Assembly (NCBI GenBank): GCA_030606485.1
Contig: JAUWGH010000003.1
Coordinates: 436,548 to 468,547, forward strand
Source: Promethearchaeota archaeon
GTDB taxonomy: Archaea > Asgardarchaeota > Lokiarchaeia > Sigyniarchaeales > SOKP01
Direction: 5' to 3'
Length of the DNA stretch: 32,000 bases
Each line of letters starts with the position of its first letter. Positions within the stretch are counted from its first letter, which is position 1. Made by a program: the position numbers and the translations under genes. A model generated the notes under the pieces. That model saw only the letters and a list, made by a program, of their open reading frames with translations, was not told the DNA's origin and did no database searches. Shown here one piece after another: positions 19,378 through 27,750 of this stretch.

Positions 19378-21123
19378 ATGGATAAGAATAACAATGCAGA
19401 ATCTAATTCTCACCAAAAAGCGAGAGATAGATCAGAATTAGAAGAATCAGAAGAGAAATTTTATGATGTCCCCGGATCTTCAAGATCAATGATTTCTGGA
19501 GCCATTCATATGTTAGTTGCATTGTTAAGTTCTTCTTGTATATGGTTCTTTGTTATAATTACCTCAGGTTGGGAAGGTTTATCCTATTTTGGTTCGACAT
19601 TTGCCCTATTGGGTTTATTAGGAATTTTTAGTAATGGATTTAGCCAATCTTATATAGCAAAAATAAAAGAAGCATATATTTTAAATCCAGAGGTTGGAAA
19701 AATAAAGGCTGCATCATATTCTAAGTTAATTCTTATTATTGGTCTTGGGACAGGATTAATTTCCTTGATTTTATTCATAATTACGCCTGAAGATAATATA
19801 TATATGAAGGCAGCTGCGTTTGCTTGTATTTTTCAAAGTATGTTTAGTTATTTACAAGCAATTTTAATTAATGGATTAGCAATTATTAATCGATATGATC
19901 TAATATCTTTTTCTGGTGCTGTATGGGGGCCATCATTATTAGTTTTAGGAATATTTTGGATGATTTTTAATTTGCCCCCAGAAGGGTTTGTTTTTTATTA
20001 CATCTTGGCAAATATTATTCCATTTCTAATCATATTCTATTATTTTCATAGATTTTGCCCCTATTCATTTATCGATGTAATTAAAGGAAGAATTTTTTCA
20101 CGAAATATAATTAATACTGTAAATTTACAAATAAAAGATCAATTTGAACCATTATTCGTTAAAAAATATGTTAACTATTCAATTTTTTCAACTATTACTA
20201 ATCTTGAAGGAATTGGAGTATTTGCTAACTTATTGACTTTCTTCGCATCTTTATATTTGTTTTATTTTGACCCTGGATCTCAAGAAATTGGACTTAGAAT
20301 TATTACAATTGTTACTTCTTACTCATCTGTGAAAACAGTAATTCTATTTTATAGTGGTCCTTTAAATATTGAGATAGCAGAAGCAGTTTCTAAGGAGAAT
20401 AGAGAAATGGTGGAAGAGATTTTTAATAATACAACACGAATTGCTGCATTAATAGGCATCGGATTCGCTACGGGTATATGTGCAATCACAGGAAATTTAC
20501 TAACAATTCTTCACAATGAAACGTTTATAGGTACATCAGGTTTTGATCAAAATTTATTTTTAACTGCTCAATTACTTATGATACTGGCAATTATTGGACA
20601 GTTTGGATTTGCCTTTTCGAGTCTATTTGGAAATGCATTAATTGGCTCTGGAAATGCAAAATACTCCGGGATTGCATTCGCTATTACAACAGTGATAATA
20701 ATTGCAATTGCACCATTATTTATATTTTTGACGAGTTTTATAGGTATTGGGTGGGTTCAAGTGATTGCTATTGTTTTTTTACTTCCATTTATGATATGGC
20801 AAATAAAAAAACGCTTGCAAATTAAGATTAGATTTAAGTTAATCCGAATAATCCCTTGTTGTATAATTATGTTTTTCTTTATGTTTTTCTTCCCAGTTTC
20901 TGATATCACTACATTCATTATTTCTATTGTATTAGGTGGGTTGATTTTTCTATTTTTAAGCCCATTCTTTGGTGTATCCATTCCTGAAGATGCAAAAATG
21001 TTGGAAGACCTTTTTGGTATTGTAAAATTAAAGTTTATAGGAAAAATATTTGGAAAAGCGCTTTTATTTTTGTATAATATTAGCCCGTTTAATCGAAAAG
21101 AGAGAGAAAAAGTAAAAATTTAA
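19378..21123 (+). CDS. Polytopic membrane protein, probable MOP-superfamily (oligosaccharide flippase/MATE-like) exporter
   Basis: About 12-14 hydrophobic segments in 581 aa, with a C-terminal ALIGSGNAKYS..AFAIT pattern typical of flippase-like proteins. No diagnostic motif. Confidence 0.55.
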   Translation: MDKNNNAESNSHQKARDRSELEESEEKFYDVPGSSRSMISGAIHMLVALLSSSCIWFFVIITSGWEGLSYFGSTFALLGLLGIFSNGFSQSYIAKIKEAYILNPEVGKIKAASYSKLILIIGLGTGLISLILFIITPEDNIYMKAAAFACIFQSMFSYLQAILINGLAIINRYDLISFSGAVWGPSLLVLGIFWMIFNLPPEGFVFYYILANIIPFLIIFYYFHRFCPYSFIDVIKGRIFSRNIINTVNLQIKDQFEPLFVKKYVNYSIFSTITNLEGIGVFANLLTFFASLYLFYFDPGSQEIGLRIITIVTSYSSVKTVILFYSGPLNIEIAEAVSKENREMVEEIFNNTTRIAALIGIGFATGICAITGNLLTILHNETFIGTSGFDQNLFLTAQLLMILAIIGQFGFAFSSLFGNALIGSGNAKYSGIAFAITTVIIIAIAPLFIFLTSFIGIGWVQVIAIVFLLPFMIWQIKKRLQIKIRFKLIRIIPCCIIMFFFMFFFPVSDITTFIISIVLGGLIFLFLSPFFGVSIPEDAKMLEDLFGIVKLKFIGKIFGKALLFLYNISPFNRKEREKVKI

Positions 21124-21150
21124 TTTTTAAATAGAATTATCATTTTTAAC

Positions 21151-22638
21151 ATGTCTGCAAAAAAAGGGAAAATTTCACGGGAAAAGTGGAATAATGACTT
21201 CATGGAGTGGTTTTCAGATATCCTTCTGAAGGCTGAAATTATAGATTATAGATTTAATTTAAAAGGATGTGGTGTTTGGTTAGGTTATGGCTTTAATCTT
21301 AGAAAACGAGTTTTTCAGATATTGCGTGATTTATTAGACAATACACCCATACCTCATGAAGAAACTTTATTTCCTTTATTAATACCAGAACCTCTTTTCA
21401 TGAAAGAGGCAGAACACGTCAAGGGTTTTGAAGATGAGGTTTATTGGGTAACAAGAGGGGGATCAAAACAGCTCGATATTAATTTATGTTTAAGACCTAC
21501 CTCTGAAACTGTAATGTATCCTATGTTCAAATTATGGATTCGTTCCCATCAAGATTTACCAATAAAAATTTATCAAATAGCTAGCACTTTTAGATATGAG
21601 ACAAAAACAACAAGACCATTAATACGAGTAAGAGAATTAACTACCTTCAAGGAGGCACATACAGTTCATGCTACTGCTAAAGAGGCCGAGGATCAAGTAA
21701 AGGAAGGATTAGAGGTATATAGCAAATTTTATGATCGCTTGGGTATTCCCCATATTATCAATGTACGCCCTGATTATGATAAATTTCCAGGTGCTGAATA
21801 TAGTATAGCATTTGAAACTATTTTTCCTGACGATCATAAAACTTTACAAATTGGAACAGTTCATAATCTTGGTACAATTTTTGCTAAAACATTTGATTTA
21901 ACTTATGAAGCAGATAATGGAGAGACAAAATTTGTGCATCAGACATGTTATGGAATTAGTGAAAGGGCAATTGCTGCAGTAGTTACTCAGCATGGAGATG
22001 ATGCTGGATTATGTCTTCCACCTGAAGTAGCTCCTATTCAAGCCATCATTGTTCCAATTATATTTAAAGGTAAAGAGAAAGAAATTTTGGAACAATCTAA
22101 GAATTTATTAGATAAGATGAATTCTTTAGGGATTCGTGCGAAGCTTGATGATTCAGACATAAGTGCCGGTAAAAAATTTTACAAATGGGAAATTAAAGGA
22201 GTTCCAATACGTATTGAATTGGGACCTAAAGATATTGAAAAAAAGCAATTTATTGTTGTTAGAAGAGATACAGTTGAAAGAATTACTTTAGATTTTAAGG
22301 AAGGAGTTAAAGAGATACCTAGAATTCTTGAAGAAATACAGAAAGACCTGCATGAAAGAGCAAAAACACTAATGGAAAACTCCACAAAAGAAACGGATGA
22401 TATTGATGAGCTATATGATTTAATAGAAAAACGAGTTGGAATAGTTATTGTTCCATTATGTGATGAATACGACTGTGCAGAACAAATTGAAAAACGAACT
22501 GAAGGAAAAATCATTGGAACGCCAATTAAATATGTAAAAGAATTCAGTAAAGAATATTCTGAAAGGGAGTTTAATTTCAACTGCATTGTTTGTGCCCGTC
22601 CTACGAAAAAAAAGATGATTATTGGACGTCCCTATTAA
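21151..22638 (+). CDS. proS: Proline--tRNA ligase, archaeal/eukaryotic type
   Basis: LRPTSET, FRYETK.TRPLIRVRE, FKEAHT, QIGTVHNLG, YGISER, GLCLPP, KGVPIRIELGPKD, C-terminal CxxC and terminal Tyr. Confidence 0.97.
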   Translation: MSAKKGKISREKWNNDFMEWFSDILLKAEIIDYRFNLKGCGVWLGYGFNLRKRVFQILRDLLDNTPIPHEETLFPLLIPEPLFMKEAEHVKGFEDEVYWVTRGGSKQLDINLCLRPTSETVMYPMFKLWIRSHQDLPIKIYQIASTFRYETKTTRPLIRVRELTTFKEAHTVHATAKEAEDQVKEGLEVYSKFYDRLGIPHIINVRPDYDKFPGAEYSIAFETIFPDDHKTLQIGTVHNLGTIFAKTFDLTYEADNGETKFVHQTCYGISERAIAAVVTQHGDDAGLCLPPEVAPIQAIIVPIIFKGKEKEILEQSKNLLDKMNSLGIRAKLDDSDISAGKKFYKWEIKGVPIRIELGPKDIEKKQFIVVRRDTVERITLDFKEGVKEIPRILEEIQKDLHERAKTLMENSTKETDDIDELYDLIEKRVGIVIVPLCDEYDCAEQIEKRTEGKIIGTPIKYVKEFSKEYSEREFNFNCIVCARPTKKKMIIGRPY

Positions 22639-22647
22639 AGAAGAGTA

Positions 22648-22656
22648 TTTTTTTTT
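22648..22656 (+). terminator. Oligo-T tract after proS
   Basis: T9 run 10 nt downstream of the proS stop. Confidence 0.4.
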
Positions 22657-22763
22657 CTTATTTAAATGATTAGTAAGCTATAAATTAGAATAGATTTTAT
22701 TAGTTTTTAATTTAAAAAAAATTAAAAATTTCTATTTTTAAATAAAAAAAAATCGTAAATTAG

Positions 22764-24062
22764 ATGAAAAATATGTCAGAAGAAAAATTAAATATAAAAT
22801 TAACATTTTTCATTGGATTAGCATTCTTTACAACAGGGATTGCATGGAGTATATATAATACTCAAGTTAATGTAAGTCTTTTTCTATATCTGGGCTCATA
22901 TGCTCTTGTAGGTATCTGGATGGCGATGGACAATGTAATTGGTGTAGTGATCCAGCCTGTAATGGGTTCTTTTTCCGATAATACACGAACTCGTTTTGGA
23001 AGAAGAATGCCATATATAATAGTTGGAATACCCTTAGCGGCTTTCTTTTTCATATTAATACCATTTGAAACTTCTTTTTGGATACTACTTCTTTTTATGT
23101 TTTTATTCAATATTAGCATGGCTTCTTACAGATCACAAGCAGTTGCTCTAATGCCTGATTTTGTAAAACCACATAATAGGAGTAAAGGTAACGCAATAAT
23201 CAATTTAATGGGAGGACTTGGAGCTATAATAGCATATACATTTAATCTGATATTAGTTCCCATTAGTTTGGAATTAACTTTTTTTATAGTTGCGATAATT
23301 ATGGTTGTATCATTAGTCGTGTTATTATTCACTGTAAAAGAAAAGGACTCATATAGTTTCCAAATAATTTTAGAGGCTGAAAAAGAGGGTAAAAAAATCG
23401 AAACTAAAAGAGAAAAACTAGGTTTAATTGAGAGTTTTAAGGATATTTTATCTGAAAAGGATAAAAGTACACTTTTTATGTTATTGGCGATCTTCTTCTG
23501 GTTTGTTGGATATCAAGGATTAGAAGCATTATTTACTATATATGGCGTTGATGTTTTAGGTATGGACCGTGGTCCAGCAGGTTTTATGTTTACTTATGTT
23601 GCAATACCATTTATTCTTTTTGCTTTCCCAGCAGGAATAATTGCTACAAAAATAGGTCGAAGATTAACAATTAAAATTGGATTGGTTCTTTTTATTGTTG
23701 CTTTATTTATAGGATTTTTAATTCCAACTATAACAATGATTACTATAGCGTTCATTATTGCTGGGATTGGATGGGCTTTAGTGAATATTAATTCTATTGT
23801 AATAGTTTGGGAGATGGCACGTACGGAAAAGAAAATTGGAACTTATACTGGAGTATATTATTTTTTTAGTTTTATGGCTGCGATTATTGGTCCTTATCTC
23901 GTTGGATTACTTGTAGATGTTTTAGGTCCTACAACTCTACTTTTAGATGGTGCAATATTCCTTCTTGTTGCGTTAATATTAATGTTTTTCGTAAAAAGAG
24001 GAGAAGTTGAATTAACTGAGGAGGAAAAGTTAGCAAAAAAAAAAGCAATACAAGAACTTTAA
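22764..24062 (+). CDS. MFS transporter, SLC45/sucrose-maltose (GPH-like) type
   Basis: About 12 TM; SDNTRTRFGRRMPY, ALMPDF and KIGRR motif-A-like loops. Confidence 0.85.
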   Translation: MKNMSEEKLNIKLTFFIGLAFFTTGIAWSIYNTQVNVSLFLYLGSYALVGIWMAMDNVIGVVIQPVMGSFSDNTRTRFGRRMPYIIVGIPLAAFFFILIPFETSFWILLLFMFLFNISMASYRSQAVALMPDFVKPHNRSKGNAIINLMGGLGAIIAYTFNLILVPISLELTFFIVAIIMVVSLVVLLFTVKEKDSYSFQIILEAEKEGKKIETKREKLGLIESFKDILSEKDKSTLFMLLAIFFWFVGYQGLEALFTIYGVDVLGMDRGPAGFMFTYVAIPFILFAFPAGIIATKIGRRLTIKIGLVLFIVALFIGFLIPTITMITIAFIIAGIGWALVNINSIVIVWEMARTEKKIGTYTGVYYFFSFMAAIIGPYLVGLLVDVLGPTTLLLDGAIFLLVALILMFFVKRGEVELTEEEKLAKKKAIQEL

Positions 24063-24085
24063 AATAATTATATTACTCTTTTTTT

Positions 24086-24550
24086 TTATATTTTTTTTGG
24101 TTTGAAAGGATCTTTCAATCTTTTTCCAAGAAAAAACTCCATCTCTTTTCTTTTTTCTTCAGAAAAAAAGATTTCTAATTCCTTTTTAGCGAGATTTGTG
24201 TATTTTCCATTAATTAAAAAATTCTTTCTTTCTAAAAATTCAATCGTTTGATCATAATAATCGTAACTAAGTTGTTGGAAATTCTCGATTGATTTGAGAA
24301 AATGCATTAATTTCTTTATTAACTCGTAATAAAATTTTAGATGTGCCTTGATTTTTACCTTATCGTTCATTTCTGTGATATCTGGATATAATTTTAGAAT
24401 CGAATTAATAGAACTGCTAATAATTGCACAAGATTTAGCAATTTCATCAGTTGGTTTAATAGAATGCTTTTCGAAAATATAGATTAATTCAGGTTCTTGG
24501 GTTTCTAAGGAATTAAATATCGTAAAAATCTCTTTAAAAATCTCACTCAT
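24086..24550 (-). CDS. Hypothetical protein, predicted all-helical
   Basis: 154-aa ATG ORF that fills the gap between two + strand genes. No motif recognised. Confidence 0.6.
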   Translation of the reverse strand: MSEIFKEIFTIFNSLETQEPELIYIFEKHSIKPTDEIAKSCAIISSSINSILKLYPDITEMNDKVKIKAHLKFYYELIKKLMHFLKSIENFQQLSYDYYDQTIEFLERKNFLINGKYTNLAKKELEIFFSEEKRKEMEFFLGKRLKDPFKPKKI

Positions 24551-24670
24551 TATTAGGTGAATATTAATTCAGTCTAATAAATTTGCGATGAATCAAATAT
24601 AATCCTTTTTTTCACGGGAAAAAAGGGAAATCTTATATTTTTTAAATTTTAAATATTAGGAGTAATTAAT

Positions 24671-26428
24671 TTGCTTATAATAATGCAGAAAATAGATAAA
24701 ATTCTGTCGAAATTAAGAGTGCGAAGAAATAAAATTGCTTTTTTGATCTTAACGACATTATTATTAATTTTTCTCTTAAGTGTATTTGTTGAATCCTCAT
24801 TTGAACTAAATATGAATGTTGAAAATTTCACCGTCTATACTGAAGATCATATTCGCTTGGAAGGAAGTATTTATTATCCTAATAATCTTGATCCTGAATC
24901 TAAATACCCTACTTTAATATATTGTCATTCTTTAACGGGTGATCGACATGAAAATAGAATTTTGAGATATAATCTGCTTGAGCATGGTTTTATTGTTGTT
25001 ACTTTCGATTTAAGAGGTCATGGTTCATCTTTAGGTGGATTGGAAGTTGATAGATCATATATGGTCGAGGAGTACGCGAATTCTCCAAAACATGGTTTAG
25101 ATATAGATGCAGTTTTAGATTTTATTTTAACCAAAGAATTTGTTGATAATGAATTTATAGGACTTTTTGGTTTCAGTCTTGGAGGAGGTGCGTTGTCCTT
25201 TTATTCCTATTTTGATTCTTTAGATGAAAACCCACGAATAAAAGCATCTGTAACAATATCATTTCTTGGAGTATATCATAGATATCTTGGAGTGAATGAA
25301 ACAAACCCGAGAAATTTTCTCGCAATTATAGGCGCTCATGATGAATTTTTTCCACCAGAAATGATAAATTTATCTTTAAATTTATTGGCAGGGAATAATA
25401 GTGCAGAATTTGGAACTTTATATGGAAATTTTTCTAATGGAACAGCAAGAGAAGTTTATATAATCCCTGATGTTGGCCATACAAATTGTGGATCTTTATT
25501 AACCACTATTAATGAAACAGTAAAATGGTTCGAACAAGCCTTTTATGGAGAAATATCGAATAAGCCTGTATTTCAGAGAGATTTCATATATTCTATTAAT
25601 GAAAACTTAAAATCGTTTAGTGCATATGGGCTTCAAATTGTCATCATTTATTTTCTGGGAAACGCCTTTTTCATAAAACAAAAAAAAAAAGAGAGAACTG
25701 AGCAGTATAAATCTTTAAAATTATTAATCGAAAATAAAAACCCATTATATATTTATTTTATATTTATTTTTTTAGCGAGCATTATTGTAATTGGAATGCA
25801 ATATTTTATACCGGTACCTAAAATGTGTGCGCCAATTTTTATTTCTATTTTTATCAGTTCAATAATACTAACCTTTTTGGCATTATTATGGAGAGGTGAG
25901 AATCTCAATATAATTTCAATTTTTAAAGGTATTAAGCAATCTGTTGAGAAAAATTTTCTAAACAACTTGCTAATTATAATTCTTTCCTCAATAGGATTAA
26001 TAACAATCGAAATTTTAAGTATTCTATGGATCGGGAATCGTTATAGAACCTTATATGAGATTTTTCCAATTATAATTTACACAATAATTATATTTTTTTC
26101 GAATCTATTCAACCAAATATATTTATTTAGAGGATATGGCAGAAATCATAAAAAAAGTATTGATTTTAATTATAAGCGGAGCTTCATGAATATGTTTTTA
26201 GCTCATATATTTCAATGTTTTTTGCTTATTTTTTACATGGCTGTTAGACTTGTGCATTATCTCAATACATTTTTGCTAATTCCATACCTTACAATGAATA
26301 TATTCGCAATTATGCTTATGATAATTATTTTTCATCGAACTAGGTCAATATTTTTATCTTCTTTAATTCCAGCAATATATATGGGCTGGTTTTTAAGCGT
26401 ATCAATGCCTTTCCTTGCAATTTTTTAA
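24671..26428 (+). CDS. Membrane-anchored alpha/beta hydrolase with a C-terminal multi-TM domain
   Basis: N-terminal TM, FDLRGHGSS, GFSLGG nucleophile elbow, GAHD (Asp) and VGH (His), then about 7-8 TM helices. The true start may be the ATG at 24683; AGGAG lies at 24657-24661. Confidence 0.75.
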   Translation: MLIIMQKIDKILSKLRVRRNKIAFLILTTLLLIFLLSVFVESSFELNMNVENFTVYTEDHIRLEGSIYYPNNLDPESKYPTLIYCHSLTGDRHENRILRYNLLEHGFIVVTFDLRGHGSSLGGLEVDRSYMVEEYANSPKHGLDIDAVLDFILTKEFVDNEFIGLFGFSLGGGALSFYSYFDSLDENPRIKASVTISFLGVYHRYLGVNETNPRNFLAIIGAHDEFFPPEMINLSLNLLAGNNSAEFGTLYGNFSNGTAREVYIIPDVGHTNCGSLLTTINETVKWFEQAFYGEISNKPVFQRDFIYSINENLKSFSAYGLQIVIIYFLGNAFFIKQKKKERTEQYKSLKLLIENKNPLYIYFIFIFLASIIVIGMQYFIPVPKMCAPIFISIFISSIILTFLALLWRGENLNIISIFKGIKQSVEKNFLNNLLIIILSSIGLITIEILSILWIGNRYRTLYEIFPIIIYTIIIFFSNLFNQIYLFRGYGRNHKKSIDFNYKRSFMNMFLAHIFQCFLLIFYMAVRLVHYLNTFLLIPYLTMNIFAIMLMIIIFHRTRSIFLSSLIPAIYMGWFLSVSMPFLAIF

Positions 26429-26476
26429 AAAGAAAATACAATTAATTTTATTATTTTATTGACATTAATTTAGATT

Positions 26477-27742
26477 ATGTCTGGAAAGGATATGAGTAAT
26501 AAAAACCTAGAATTCTATAATTTTATAATTGTTGGTGGAGGTCCTGCTGGATTAACCGCAAGTATTATTGCTGCTAGACAGGGATTTAAAGCTGTAGTCA
26601 TAGAAAAAGGTGAGATTGCGGGACCTAAACCACGTGGTGAAGGTATGCGTCATTTTCCTCTAACCGAAGAAATCCTAGGAGAGGGATTTTTACATTCAAT
26701 CAATAATTTTTCTCATACTGGTAAAATCTTCCATAGTCCTGGAGATTTACACATGGTGCCTATACCTGAAAAATCAATGGATCATTATTTTTTTGAGTGG
26801 CGTAAATTTATTGATAGATTTATAAAAGTTGCTGAAGGTTTAGGAGTTACTATTCTTTTAAATAGTGAAGTAATTGAACCAATTGAAAAGGAGAATATTT
26901 GTACAGGAGTAAAATATAAGGATGATAGTGGAAATGTTAAAGAAATTTATGGAAATGCGATTTTTGGGTGTGATGGATATGAAAGTGTTATTGGAAGATA
27001 CTATAATATTCTTTATGAGAGAATAAATTGTCCTATAGTGAAATGCTTAATTAGTAATGGGAATACTGATATCAATAAGACAACTGATCTTCAGTACTAC
27101 TTAATTGGAAATGGAGATCTTGATTATGCACCGAATTTTCCTCAATGTGTTGCATATGTATTTCCAATAGGCGGAAAAAACTTGGAAGTAGGTCTAATGC
27201 TTCGTATGACACAAACTTTTAAAATGAAAACTGTTAAGATTCCGACCGATGAGGAAATCATGGAGGTTTGGGAAAAACTAAAGAAGAGTTATCCTGGATT
27301 TAGTGAATTTTTTAAAGGTGCGAAAATTGATTATGAAGAATTAACTGGATTACCAAACGCCCAAATGGTTAAGAATTATATACCAAGTGCGGGTGTGGTC
27401 TTAATAGGTGATAGTGCGGGATTTGTGGAAGCTTCTGGTTCTTCTGGTTTGCATTTTTCAATGGCAATGGCTAAATTTTGGACGACTATATTATCAGAAA
27501 AATTAAAAGAATTATCTGAAGGAAAAACAGAGATTACCGCGCATAACTCTGAACTATGGAATTCGCAGAATATTACAAGATATAAAAAAGATTGGGAGAA
27601 TACAGATGTTTATAAACATATAAAAAAGATATATTCACTACTCAGTAAATTTGAATGGTATATTTTCAAACGGAGAAGAACATCCGAAAGAATAAATAAA
27701 AGATGGAAATTAATCTCATTTTTATTACGTAAAGGATTATGA
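26477..27742 (+). CDS. FAD-dependent oxidoreductase, divergent geranylgeranyl reductase family
   Basis: GGGPAG, GCDGYES and LIGDSAGFV.ASGSSG. KPRGEG replaces the usual xCG motif, and VAYVFP replaces YxWxFP. Confidence 0.75.
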   Translation: MSGKDMSNKNLEFYNFIIVGGGPAGLTASIIAARQGFKAVVIEKGEIAGPKPRGEGMRHFPLTEEILGEGFLHSINNFSHTGKIFHSPGDLHMVPIPEKSMDHYFFEWRKFIDRFIKVAEGLGVTILLNSEVIEPIEKENICTGVKYKDDSGNVKEIYGNAIFGCDGYESVIGRYYNILYERINCPIVKCLISNGNTDINKTTDLQYYLIGNGDLDYAPNFPQCVAYVFPIGGKNLEVGLMLRMTQTFKMKTVKIPTDEEIMEVWEKLKKSYPGFSEFFKGAKIDYEELTGLPNAQMVKNYIPSAGVVLIGDSAGFVEASGSSGLHFSMAMAKFWTTILSEKLKELSEGKTEITAHNSELWNSQNITRYKKDWENTDVYKHIKKIYSLLSKFEWYIFKRRRTSERINKRWKLISFLLRKGL

Positions 27743-27750
27743 TAAATTAA

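Noticed and set aside
24604-24626. Hairpin CCTTTTTTTC-ACGG-GAAAAAAGG between divergent genes
   Set aside because: The stem is imperfect and mostly A:T homopolymer, and it lies between gene starts rather than ends. No function can be supported.
5851-27742. Selenocysteine or stop read-through at TGA-terminated genes (GGR1, ald, AbrB, ArfB-like, GGR2)
   Set aside because: Each protein looks complete at its TGA and no homology continues downstream. I did not recognise a SECIS-like hairpin, but did not run a formal search.
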